Assembly (NCBI GenBank): GCA_030390025.1
Contig: CM059431.1
Location: forward strand, 139,006,001 to 139,070,000
Origin: Squalus acanthias
Lineage: Eukaryota
Length of the DNA stretch: 64,000 nucleotides
Reading direction: 5' to 3'
Part shown: piece by piece, positions 50,801-61,035 of the stretch
Layout: each line of letters opens with the position of its first letter
How positions within the stretch are numbered: the first letter of the stretch is position 1
Translations under genes and position numbers: made by a program
The notes under the pieces: model-generated
Database searches by the model: none
Seen by the model: only the letters and a program-made list of their open reading frames with translations
Told to the model about the DNA's origin: nothing

Positions 50801-53800
50801 GTCACTGGGTCCCTTCTTTACACAAAGAGACAGAAAACAGCAGCGAGTTCCCAAGACCATCACCCAACTATATTCCTACTATATCTACAACATTCTGAAA
50901 AACCATGGCCGAGAGATTGAAAGCCCCCGTGATGTGTTACTGAAGCTTGGTGAGATGGCCTTCACAGGAGTCTCCGAGAAGAAGATTGTGTTTAGAAATG
51001 GAGATTTGATCAAATACAATCTGCAACCTTCCCAGTTCCTGTCTGGGTTCATGATGGAACTTTTGGAGAGAGATGATTCTGTCCAGAGCGTGGTGTACAC
51101 ATTCCCGCACCTCACCATCCAAGAGTTTGTAGCCGCACTCGCACAATTCCTGACTCCAGATCCCGGGGACATCCGGAAACTCCTCAGAGAAGCCCACAGC
51201 AAGGAAAATGGGCGATTTGAGATATTTCTCCGTTTTGTTGCTGGTCTCTCCTCCTCACAGTCAGCTCGGCCCCTGGAGGAGTTTCTTGGTCCATTTCTTC
51301 ATCAAACCACCTGCCGAGTGATTGATTGGGTGAAGGAGAAGGTTGAAGGACAGATTGGAAACACAGAGAGTGAAACTGATAAAAGGAACCTCCTGAACAC
51401 ATTCCACTACCTGTTTGAGTCTCAGAATAAAGCACTGGCTCGGGCCACAGTGGGATCTGTGAAAACACTTACATTTCGTGGATTGAGATTGACCCCGATT
51501 GACTGTGCGGTCATGGCTCATGTCATTGGACTCTGTGATACAATAAAAGACCTCGATCTGCATAACTGCTCCATTCAGTGTGAGGGACTCCAGCGGCTGG
51601 GACCCGTACTGCACAAATGCGTGGTTTTGGGGTAACTGTTTATTTGTCTCTAGCTTTTGGGCGAATTGAGGAACCGTCACGGATTGTGTTGTTGCTCCGT
51701 AATGTAGGGAAACAAACAGTTCAGTTAAACCAGAGGGAAGCAGATGAAACATAAATATGACCAATAATAAGAGGGTCAGTCTGTAATTCCCTAAGGACTG
51801 GAGAATCTAGAACAAGTAGGGATTTTACAGTCTTTATCGGATCAGCAAATACAGGTCATTGAGAGACTGATAATTTAAATACAATAAATTGTATTTAATA
51901 AGGCTGGATAGCAGAATGTAAACATCAAATATAATCCAGCAGTAAAGATAAAATTACTTTAAAATATTTTCCACATCCACCATTTCAACTGGAAACAGGA
52001 GAGTAACCCGAGTTTATGTCAGGAACAGATCGATATTTACTCCAATACCGTGCAGGGTGTGTCCTGTCCAGGGGTTAGTTTCCTGAATTGGGAAATTTGG
52101 GGAATCTGGAATTCTTTCAGCTTTTCATATTTACAACTATACACAGTCCTGAACATTGAGTAAAGATTGTTATTCAGGATCTTATATCTGCCGGAAAAAA
52201 GGTTCCAATCTAACGTGTTGTGGGGTATGAGCCCCGGAGTACAGACACACACCGGCCAGCGGTGGGGCCTCGCACACAGCGGGCGGCTCCTGGGTAAACC
52301 GGGGGCAGTGAACCCGGGAATTCTCCATAATCCGCCCCCTGTGTGTGAGGCCCCGCTCGGGGAGGGAACTTCCGTAAATTCCCCAAAAACTGTCGGGCCA
52401 GTTACACCTGAAATAAATATAGTGCCAGTTTAAAGGGGAATAAAGTGAGAGGCTCCCTTCCCCTATAAACTAGGAGCACAGGGACATTTAAAATTGTAAC
52501 GGGACAGAATAAACTCCATTACTGCTATTGAGAAACATTCACTATAAACCAAAAGCAAAATACTGCGGCTGCTGGAATCTGAAATAAAAACAGAAAATGC
52601 TGAAAATACTCAGCAGCTCAGGCAGAATCTGTGGAGAAAGAAACAGAGTTAACGTTTCAGGTCGCTGACCCTTCCTCACCGTTCTGACGAAAGGTCATCG
52701 ACCTGAAACGTTAACTCTGTTCCTGTCTGCACAGATGCTGCCTGACCTGCTGAGTATTTCCAGCATTTTCTGTATTCACTATAAGCCCTCTGACTCCCAC
52801 AGCTAACTGGAATACACTTCCTCCCACCTCGCTTTCTGTAAGGAGGCTGGTGCATTCTCCCAGATTTTCCCTCTCTGCCGCATCTGCTCTGACGATGCCA
52901 GGTTCCATACTAGTGCTTCCGACATGTCTTCCTTATTTCCTAAACCGAGATTCTCCTCTACCGTGGCTGACACGGCTCTTGACCGTGTCCATTCTATTTC
53001 CCGCACTTCTGCTCTCACCCCTTCCCCTCTCTCCCGGAACCACGATACGGTTCCCCTTGTCCTCACCTTTCACCCCACCGGCCTCCGCATTCAACGGGTC
53101 ATCCTCCGCCATTTCCACCACGTCCAGCGTGATCCCACCACCAAACATATCTTCCCCTCACCTCCCCTTTCAGTACTCTGAAGGAACCGCTCGCTGCACG
53201 ACACCCTGGTCCACTCCTCAATCAACCCCAACATCCCTTCCCCTTCACCCGGCAACTTCCCATGCAAGCACAGGAGATGCACCACATCCCCTTTTACTTC
53301 CTCCCTACCCACTGTCCAGGGCCCCAAACACTCCTTCCAGGTAAAACAGCGATTTACTTGTACTTCTTGCAATTTAGTATACTGTATTCACTGCTCATGA
53401 TGCGGTCTCGTCTACATTGGGGAGACCAAACGCAGATTGGGTGACTACTTTGCGGAACACCCCCATTCAGTCCGTAAGTGTGACCCCGAGATTCTGATCG
53501 CCTATCCCTTTAATTCTCTGCTCCACTGTCACTCTGATCTCTGCGTTCTCGGCCTCTTACATTTTTCCAACAAAGTACAACATAAGATCGAGGAACAGCA
53601 CCTCATCTTTCAATTAGGCACTTTAAAACCTTCTGGACTCAACATCGAGTTCAACAATTTCAGACTATAAACTCGGCCCATATTTTATTTTTTTCATTAT
53701 TATTTTTCCTTTTCCCTTTTTTTTCTATTACATGACGGCTGTTGATGATTCTGCCATTGCTATTCACACCTCATCTAGCTTCATCTTTTATTCCTTAACT

Positions 53801-56800
53801 TGTCCCATTACCATCTCCTTTTGCCTTGCACCATCATCACTTTTGTCTTTTAATCTCTCCTGTCTTCCACCCTATCACAGAACTTCCCTTTTGTTCTTTC
53901 CTCCGCTCCCCCCCGCTCCACCTTTCCCTGCCCTTACACTTGCTTTAAAATCTGTTACATCTGTAACTTTTTCCAGTTCTGGCGAAGGGTCCTCGACCTG
54001 AAACTTTAACTCTGTTTCTCTCTCTATAGATGCTGTCTGACCTGCTGGTATTTCCAGCATTTTCTGTTTTTATTTCAGGATAAATTCTCCTTGTTATATA
54101 AAATCCTGGGGGACGGATTTTACAGCAGCAGTTAGCGTTTCACAATATAACTCACCCCAAGATATTAGCCAGATTAATATAATGCACAGCGTATATAGTA
54201 CAGGGAATCACCGCTATATCATTTTATTCAGGGAAAATCGCCGCATTCCTATAAAATCCGGGATATAAGGAGCAGCATAAATGAGTAAAGTTTTCCCAAA
54301 CATGACGGAACCAGTCACTGAGCTCCAGGAGGGTAATTCTGATCATCCGGGAATGAGATCGGACAGAGGGACATTTAAAGGCGTCACACAGACAGCACTT
54401 TACTTAATAATTACATTTACGGACAGTCCCTGAATATATGATGAGTTGGACAGAGTGAGATTCATTCCCAGTGACAGGAATAGGGGGGAATTTTGCGGGG
54501 GTCAGCGGGCGCAATCGGTGGCGGGTCAGGAGGGAAACTGGATTTTACCCTAAGGGTCGGGACCCCGCTGTCAACCCTCCACCACGCGCCTTTCCCAAAT
54601 GTTGGGTCTGTCAGCGCTGAGCAGACCCGACATGCAGCGGCGGGTGGGAGGGGGTGGGGGGGGGGGGTGCAATTCAAGTCTTTATGACCTTGTTAACAAA
54701 GGATTAACAACTATTTTAGCTCACCTTCAGAGTTTACCAAGTCGCCCACGTTGTCCACGCTGCTCAGGGATTACGTCAGGTAAACAGGGCGGGAGTTGAA
54801 TGGCTATGGAATCATCTCATTACTTGACAGCTGGAAATGTGCTATAAAAGCTCCCATCTCACAGCTGTTCACTTTCCAAGCACAGAAGCTGTTGCTTACT
54901 GCATTTGGAAGACAGAGCGAGCTTTATGCAGGTTGCAAGTGTTTGCAACAAACTCTCTATCCAGTGAACCCTCAATGAAACAACCGCTCTCACCATTGAC
55001 AGATCGCTTCTGTCATCTCAAGTTCACTTGCCATCTATTACATCAGCATGGGTATAGTTTCGACTGTCTCACTTTGTGCCTCAGAGTCCCACCAACATCA
55101 GCCCCAACACCTGCAGCACCAGGCACACCAGCAGCACCAACAACAACACCAACCATTCCAGAACTCCTGATGCTGCACAGCACAGAGGGCATCAACACTC
55201 GTCCACATTGCTGACCGGGACGCCAGAGATGGCCTCACCATGGCCAGATTATCTTCATTGACGCTGCACGCCCTGGATCCCACATTATGCGCCAGGTTGC
55301 CGCAGCCCACACCAACAACATAAAGCATCCCTGCAATGCCCAAACCATTCCTGTCACACTCATAAGCATTGCGTGGGGTACCGTTGTGTCTCACCTATTC
55401 ACTGCAACTCACTAAGCCACATCCAAAGGTGCACACAACAGAAATTTCACAGGAACATTGGGTAAAACACATAATTGCCAACCCTTGTGTGTTGTTAGTT
55501 GATATGTTTGGACGAGGTTGAGGGAGAGTCTGAGGGGTGGTTAGTGAGTTGGGGATGTGATAATATAGATAGAGAGGGACGGGTGGAGGTGCAAGTTAAG
55601 TTGGTGTGAGTAAGAATGTGCAGGAGTGGGGTAGAAAAGGCAGAGTGACGGGGATGTTAGGAGTGGCACAGCAGGATGAGATTGAGGGTGGCTTTGCAGT
55701 AACGTTTCGTGATCTACTGAGATCATTGAAAGATTTGCGCCACTGCAGCCTGGTCCTCCTGACGACATCCCTGCTTGAGCCCCACTTTGCAATGTGCAAC
55801 CAGGCTGTGTTGGTCTCTTCCGCCCATTGGAAGTGAGGAGAACCTCACTGCGTGCGGTGGCTGCGTGCGGTGGCTCCCTCCATAAGCATATGGAGGGCGT
55901 TATGGGAGAGCCTGGGTGCAGCCGTGCTCCTCTGTGCAGAGGGTGTCAGTGTTTGCAGCAGCTCAATACTGTAGAACACTGACATCACAATGGGTAAACT
56001 CAATGTGTGCGTCATCAAATGACGTCATGAAACCCGCTTCCTCCAATTCTCCAGAGCGAGGCCGCGACCCGCCACCGACCCAGGCCCCTTCCGCCCCGCC
56101 ACCGACCCAGGCCGCACCCGACCCGCCAACGACCGCGGCCGCACCCGACACGCCCAGTTGGGAAATCGCGGTAGAAAACTGGGTTATTAATGTCCTGAAG
56201 TACTTTCAGTGATTTTTCCAATATTCGAGAGAGAAAAATATATCAGATCCGGAGTTTGATTCCTTTTGTTTCTCTCTCTTTATGTTTAGACTGAGCGGCA
56301 ATGAACTGGGAGATTCAGGAATTAAACTGCTGTCTGCGGCTCTGAGGAACCCGGACTGTAAAATACAGAAACTGGAGTAAGTACCAGACTGTGAGATTGT
56401 GTTTATAATAACTGGATGTCCGACACTGTACATTATTATTAGTATCAGTAATATTGTTATTAATAAACTCTGGGGATTTACTCTGATTCCTGTTATTTAT
56501 CTCTCTGATCCCCAGGCAGTATAATAACGGTCTCACAAATTCTTGTGCCGAGGATCTCGCCTCCGCTCTCAGTACAAACCGCTCACTGACGGTTCTGGGC
56601 CTGGGTTATAATAAACTGGGAGATTCCGGAGTGAAACTACTGTCTGCGGCTTTGAGGAACCCGGACTGTAAAATACAGGAACTGGAGTAAGTACCAGACT
56701 GTGTCAGATTGTGTTTATAATAACTGAATGTCTGACACTAAACATTTTTATTAGTATCAGTAATAGTGTTATTAAGAAACTCTGGAGTTTACTCTGATTC

Positions 56801-57254
56801 CTGTTATTTCTCTCTCTGTTCCCCAGGCTATGTGATGTCGGTCTCACAGATTCTTGTGCCGAGGATCTCGCCTCCGCTCTCAGTACAAACCGCTCATTGA
56901 CGGATCTGTCCCTGGGATCAAACTCCTTCACAGACCGGTCTGTCCCCGCTCTCAGCCGCTTCATACAGACCTGCAGGAGTTTGGAGCGGATCCGGTGAGT
57001 GTTTGTGTTAATGTTTAATGTAAAAAATAAAATATCAATGGGATTCAGTGACATTTATGGGTAACATTTGTCTGATATTATTACTGAATTATTAACCCCA
57101 GTCTCTCTGTTATTCAAACTGTTGTTCAATTTGTTTATTTCCTGCTTAATCTTTAATCTGTTTCAGGCTGTGGGGGAATGAGTTCAGTTCAAATGGAAAG
57201 AGACTCCTGGAGTCGCTGCAGGAATCCAGACCCAGACTGAGAGTGGATGTGTGA
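26741..57254 (+). CDS. NLR-family receptor (CARD-like death fold + NACHT + RI-type LRR), spliced: join(26741..26804,29524..29690,36511..36682,36787..36852,49894..51631,56290..56376,56516..56686,56827..56994,57167..57254); 2721 nt, 906 aa. Exons 14103..14166 and 16886..17052 can substitute for the first two
   Basis: All introns are GT-AG with pyrimidine-rich acceptors. Phases 1,0,1,1,2,2,2,2 give one open frame from accgccATGG to TGA at 57252-57254. NACHT and LRR motifs are recognisable. No ortholog symbol can be justified (NLRP3-like/NLRC3-like expansion type). Confidence 0.9.
29524..29690 (+). CDS. NLR coding exon 2, downstream copy (2b); first half of the CARD-like domain
   Basis: Duplicate of 16886..17052 with two synonymous changes (GAT/GAC, TAT/TAC); splice sites intact. 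Confidence 0.85.
32910..33262. repeat. G-rich minisatellite C (23-bp type)
   Basis: Visible array at the right edge of the duplication. Confidence 0.92.
33691..34441 (-). mobile_element. 5'-truncated Penelope-like element (GIY-YIG C-terminus and terminal repeat) with 15-bp flanking duplication
   Basis: [10 protein letters not shown]...[21 protein letters not shown]; gggccctactctttc at 33676-33690 and 34442-34456. Confidence 0.88.
35140..35800 (-). mobile_element. Degenerate CR1 RT fragment
   Basis: [13 protein letters not shown]...SQHGFIKG...YMDFQKAFD. Confidence 0.85.
36511..36682 (+). CDS. NLR exon 3, second half of the CARD-like domain: [57 protein letters not shown]
   Basis: Acceptor ttattctctacag, donor TTG|gtacgg, 172 nt, phase 0 to 1, amphipathic helical pattern. 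Confidence 0.85.
36787..36852 (+). CDS. NLR exon 4, linker: (G)[21 protein letters not shown]
   Basis: Acceptor ttatttaaacag, donor AAG|gtaggt, 66 nt symmetric phase 1-1, open frame. Confidence 0.75.
37190..39795 (+). mobile_element. Decayed Penelope-like element (RT and GIY-YIG) interrupted by a CR1 insertion (37643..38282, - strand)
   Basis: IKPADK motif near 37200, [25 protein letters not shown] motif near 39125, terminal repeat at 39680-39795. Confidence 0.88.
39684..39720 (+). ncRNA. Minimal type-I hammerhead ribozyme-like motif in a Penelope-like terminus
   Basis: AGUU-CUGACGA-A-GGGUC(AUC)GACCU-GAAAC-GUU-AACU. Confidence 0.6.
40525..41102. repeat. 22-bp GC-rich minisatellite with polar sequence change
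   Basis: gcggcggggaatagagcagaga units change to gcggcgggggacagggccgagg units. Confidence 0.95.
41370..42000 (+). pseudogene. Harbinger (HARBI1-like DDE) transposase relic
   Basis: [14 protein letters not shown]...[33 protein letters not shown] and [14 protein letters not shown], broken by frameshifts and stops. Confidence 0.88.
44105..48030 (+). mobile_element. Near full-length but inactivated CR1 LINE (ORF1 Zn-finger/coiled-coil and SGNH esterase; ORF2 APE and RT)
   Basis: [49 protein letters not shown] and DFRKAFDKV, with many stops; ctctatgactatg tail. Confidence 0.93.
48075..49123 (+). mobile_element. L2-type LINE 3' fragment
   Basis: [32 protein letters not shown] and ELWNSL; tail caagttgttgttg. 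Confidence 0.8.
49238..49483. repeat. 41-bp tandem repeat, 6 copies
   Basis: Units start at 49238, 49279, 49320, 49361, 49402 and 49443. Confidence 0.95.
49894..51631 (+). CDS. NLR exon 5: NACHT NTPase, HD1, winged helix, HD2 and first LRRs
   Basis: 562-aa ORF with Walker [10 protein letters not shown] (50199-50225), Walker [11 protein letters not shown], sensor-1 [22 protein letters not shown] and HD2 FLRFVAGL; acceptor ttctaattgaag, donor GG|gtaact. Confidence 0.97.
52553..54078 (+). mobile_element. Penelope-like element, 3' half, preceded by an inverted terminal-repeat pair
   Basis: [25 protein letters not shown] and [17 protein letters not shown]; palindromic terminus 52553-52775. Confidence 0.88.
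52680..52716 (+). ncRNA. Minimal type-I hammerhead ribozyme-like motif
   Basis: GUU-CUGACGA-A-AGGUC(AUC)GACCU-GAAAC-GUU-AAC. Confidence 0.55.
54483..56185. mobile_element. Non-autonomous Harbinger-type element with a Myb/SANT-like relic on the - strand (~55700..55930)
   Basis: [29 protein letters not shown]; subterminal inverted motif tcggtggcgggtc / gacccgccaccga; homologous to 42790..43345. Confidence 0.65.
56290..56376 (+). CDS. NLR exon 6, 87-nt LRR exon: [28 protein letters not shown]
   Basis: RI-type LRR consensus; tttag acceptor and |gtaagt donor; phase 2-2. Confidence 0.92.
56516..56686 (+). CDS. NLR exon 7, 171-nt LRR exon
   Basis: 57-codon A/B LRR pair ([54 protein letters not shown]), the exon size typical of NLRP-type LRRs; phase 2-2. 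Confidence 0.92.
56827..56994 (+). CDS. NLR exon 8, 168-nt LRR exon
   Basis: [55 protein letters not shown]; ccccag acceptor, |gtgagt donor. Confidence 0.92.
57167..57254 (+). CDS. NLR terminal coding exon 9: [28 protein letters not shown]
   Basis: tttcag acceptor, capping LRR-like motif, in-frame TGA. Confidence 0.88.
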
Positions 57255-57465
57255 GAGCGCGCGTCATCTCCCATTGTGAGGTCAGAGGCCCAGCCACAGG
57301 GTCACGAGACTCAGCCGCCCGGCCCCACAGAGCTGTTTCTGCAGGATATCTGGGGCTGAATCTTCCCCAATGGGGCACTGGGGAAATGGACAGAAAGGAA
57401 GGGCCCTGGGTGGGGCTCAGTCTGGGCTGCAGTGGGACACTGACAATTTCACTCAGTATTCCTGG

Positions 57466-58112
57466 GTGTCTCTCCCAGAGAGGAGACGGACTCTGTAACA
57501 CGTGTCCCTGTGTACACTGTGTGTCTCTGCCAGTGAGGAGTCAGACTCTGTAACCAGTGTCCCTGTGTACAGTGTGTGTCTCTCCCAGTGAGGAGATGGA
57601 ATCTGCAACAAGTGTCACTGTGTACAGTTTGTGTCTCTCCCAGTGAGGAGTCGGGCTCTAACAAGTGTCCCTGTGTACAGTGTGTGTCTCTCCCAGTGAG
57701 GAGTCAGACTCTGTAACAAGTGTCCCTGTGTACACTGTGTGTCTCTCCCAGTGAGGAGTCAGACTCTGTAACCAGTGTCCCTGTGTACAGTGTGTGTCTC
57801 TCCCAGTGAGGAGATGGAACCTGCAACAAGTGTCCCTGTGTACAGTTTGTGTCTCTCCCAGTGAATATTCGGGCTCTGTAAGAAGTGTCCCCAGTGTACA
57901 GTGTGTGTCTCTACCAGTGAGGAGTCGGACCCTGTAAAAGGTGTCTCTATGTACAGTGTGTGTCTCTCCCAGTGAGGAGTCGGACTCTGTAACAAGTGTC
58001 CCTGTGTACAGTGTGCTTCTCTCCGAGTGAATAGTCCGACTCTGAAACAAATGTTCCTGTGTACAGTGTGTGTCTCTCCATTTGAGGAGTCAGACTCTGT
58101 AACCAGTGTCTC
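57466..58112. repeat. 55-bp minisatellite, about 11-12 copies, in the probable NLR 3' UTR
   Basis: gtgtccctgtgtacagtgtgtgtctctcccagtgaggagtcagactctgtaacaa recurs at 57502, 57557, 57612 and onward. Confidence 0.95.
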
Positions 58113-58114
58113 TA

Positions 58115-58420
58115 CAACCCTCCGATATCTCTCCACTCATCTGACCTGTTGCACATCCTCGATTTTTATTGATCCATATTGGCGCCATGACTTCAGCTGC
58201 GAAGGCCCTAAACTCTGGACGTCCCTCGCTAAATCTCCTCACAGCTCTACCTCTCCCCCCTCCTCCTTTTAAACGCTTCTTAAAACCTACCTCTTTCACC
58301 GAGCTTTCGGCCATCTCTCCTAAAATCTCCATGTGGCTCAATGTCGAATTTTGCCTGAGAATTGCCTTGTGTCCTTTCATTACATTAAAGCCGCTATATA
58401 AATGCAAGTTATTGCTGTTG
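58115..58420 (+). mobile_element. L2-type LINE 3' end
   Basis: Similar to the ends of 9360..10035 and 48075..49123; ctatataaatgcaagttattgctgttg tail. Confidence 0.7.
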
Positions 58421-58435
58421 TCCCTTTGTTGTGTT

Positions 58436-58520
58436 AATAAAACTCCACCGCTTACTTCAGCTCACGCCTGGTCTCGACATTTTCAATAACTTGCTTCATT
58501 GTTTTAATATATTAAATAAA
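58436..58520 (+). terminator. Candidate polyadenylation signals of the NLR gene
   Basis: AATAAA at 58436-58441 and 58515-58520, the first such hexamers I found after the stop codon. Confidence 0.45.
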
Positions 58521-58614
58521 GATTCCTCAAAAACACATCCCACCTTCTCCCGCTCTGGGGGTGGCCTCGATCAGTCCCCTCTGCACGAGGCCTCAGCAGG
58601 TCCCCTCTGGAGGA

Positions 58615-60987
58615 GGTCTGACAGTAAAAGCTGCTGTGGGATCTTTGCATTCTTCTAATTCCCCTCCACTCAAATCAAGACAAGACAGGCAGGCGGGCAG
58701 TGAGAGAAACAGATGGAATCAAGACAACATGCAGAATAGAAATCAAAGCAGAAAATGCTGGAATACTCAGCAGGTCAGGCAGCATCTGTGGAGAGAGGAG
58801 CAGATTTAATGTATCAGGTCGATGAACTTACGTCAGGACCTGGACAGAATCTGAGAAAAGGTCATCGAGATGAAACGTTAACTCGGTTTCTCTCTCTCTC
58901 CACAGATGCTGCCTGAACTGCAGAGTATTTCCAACATTTTCTGTTTTAATTCCCATTTCAAACATCCGCATTATTTTGCTTTTGATTCAGAATAGAAAGC
59001 CTGTATCTGCAGGCCGCAAAATGAAAATATAAGATACTGAAAAGTGTCTGTTAGCTTTTAAACTGCCAAACACAGCAGAGCAATGAGAGAAATCAACTTT
59101 CTTTCTTTGCTGAGAGTGTTGCGTGGCAATTTTGCAGGCTGGCCTGTGTGTGTGTTTGTGTGTGTGAGAGAGAGAGACAGCAAAAGCTGGTGTGTATGCA
59201 GGGCTTGACTGAGTTCAAGTTACCTGCTGTGTGCATTGGTACTGCATCTCATGTCTTGAAAAAAACAGAAAGTATACACCATTAGATCATACTGATTTAA
59301 TTCCAGACTGCAATGCTGTGAGATCTTACTTTGCCTTTCTTTCAAGACATTTGTAAAAAGCAAAGCTACATATATACATCAACCCAATTGATTTTTTCTG
59401 GACTGGACTTTATCGAGGATTTTTTTGTGGGGTGTTTCAGAGCATATCATGTGGGGGATCTTACCCTACCATTAAGCCCAACCAAACCAAGTGAAGACTT
59501 TTGTAAAAACAAAGTATTATATATGTAAAAAATATTTTCAGAATAATCCATTTGATGTTTTTCGGGACTGAGCTTTATTGGGGAATGTGCTTGGGGTGGT
59601 TTCCAAGCAAAAGCTGCTGTGGGATCTCTCCATTCATTTTATTTCATTCCACGCTAATCACAGACAGGCAGACATTTAGTTAACAAAAGTAAAGTAGATA
59701 TATTATTATTTACCCATGATTGTATTTGCTTTCTTCCATTTCCTCGTGGGGACCCGGATTTCTGCGGCCTTGGCTTCACCTCTTCCTGTTGGATTGTCCT
59801 CATCAAACATGGCTAATAGCCAGGAAGGGACATCATCAAAATTGGACACTGTCAGGCTGCACACCTTTCAAAATGGATGTTTGCGTGAGAGAGTTAGTTT
59901 CTGCAAATTGCAGAGTCCGTGTGAGTGTGTCTGTCTGTGCGTGGGTGTCTGTGTGTCTGCAAATTGCAGAGGCTGTGACTCACACTGTGTGTCATGCCAC
60001 TGTCCATTTTAGTTCAATGTGGGTGGGCGGGAGACTGTGAGTGACAGACAGACAGACAGGCAGTCAGTGAGAGCGAGAGAGACATGAAATCCAAAGGCAT
60101 GTTGCAGAATAGAAAGCCTGTTTCTGTAGGCCACAAAGTGAAAAGATAAGATACTGAAAAGTGTCTTTTTGGTTTTCATCTTCCAACACGGCAGTCATCC
60201 CTCTGCAGGCTGGCCTGGCTGTGAGTGTGTGTGTCCGAGAGAGAGAGAGAGAGAGAGAGAGACAGCAAATGCTAGTGTTTGTGTGAGATGTGGTCTGCTG
60301 TCTTACGACCTGTTGATGTTGTATTAAACCCATTGATTTGATTCTGGCTTGGTCCACATGTAATGCTGTTGTGTATTACTTTATTGCACTTTATTTCATT
60401 TCACTTCACTACAAGACAGACAGTCAGTCAGTGAGATACTGAAAAATGTCTTTGTGGACTGTCTGACAGTAGAAGCTGCTGTGGAATCTTTGCATTCTTT
60501 TTATTCCACTCCACTGAAATCAAGACAAGGCAGGCAGGCAGTGAGAGAGACACATTAAATCAGGACAACATGCAGAATAGAACTAAAAACAGGAAGTGCT
60601 GGATATACTCATCAGGTCAGTCAGCATCTGTGGAGAGAGAGAAACAGAGTTAACGTTTCAGCTCGATGACCTTTCGTTAGAACTTTGCCAGGATCTGACA
60701 AATGGTCAACGAGCTGAAACATTAACTCTGTTTCTCTCTCTCTCCACCGATGCTGCCTGACCTTCTGAATATTTCCAGCATTTTTTGTATTTATTTCAGA
60801 TTTCCCACATCCACAGCATTTGCTTTTGATGCAGAATAGAAAGCCTGTTTCTGTAGGCCGCAAAATGAAAAGATAAGATACTGAAACGTGTCTGTTTCAT
60901 ATTAAACTGCCGAACACAGCAGAGGAATGATATAAATCAACATTCTTTCTTTGCTGACAGTGTTTTGTGGCAATTTTGCAGGAAGGC

Positions 60988-61035
<48 letters not shown>

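Noticed and set aside
49947..51635. Standalone intronless 562-aa NACHT gene
   Set aside because: It starts at a GTG and is bounded by phase-compatible splice sites; it is exon 5 of the larger gene
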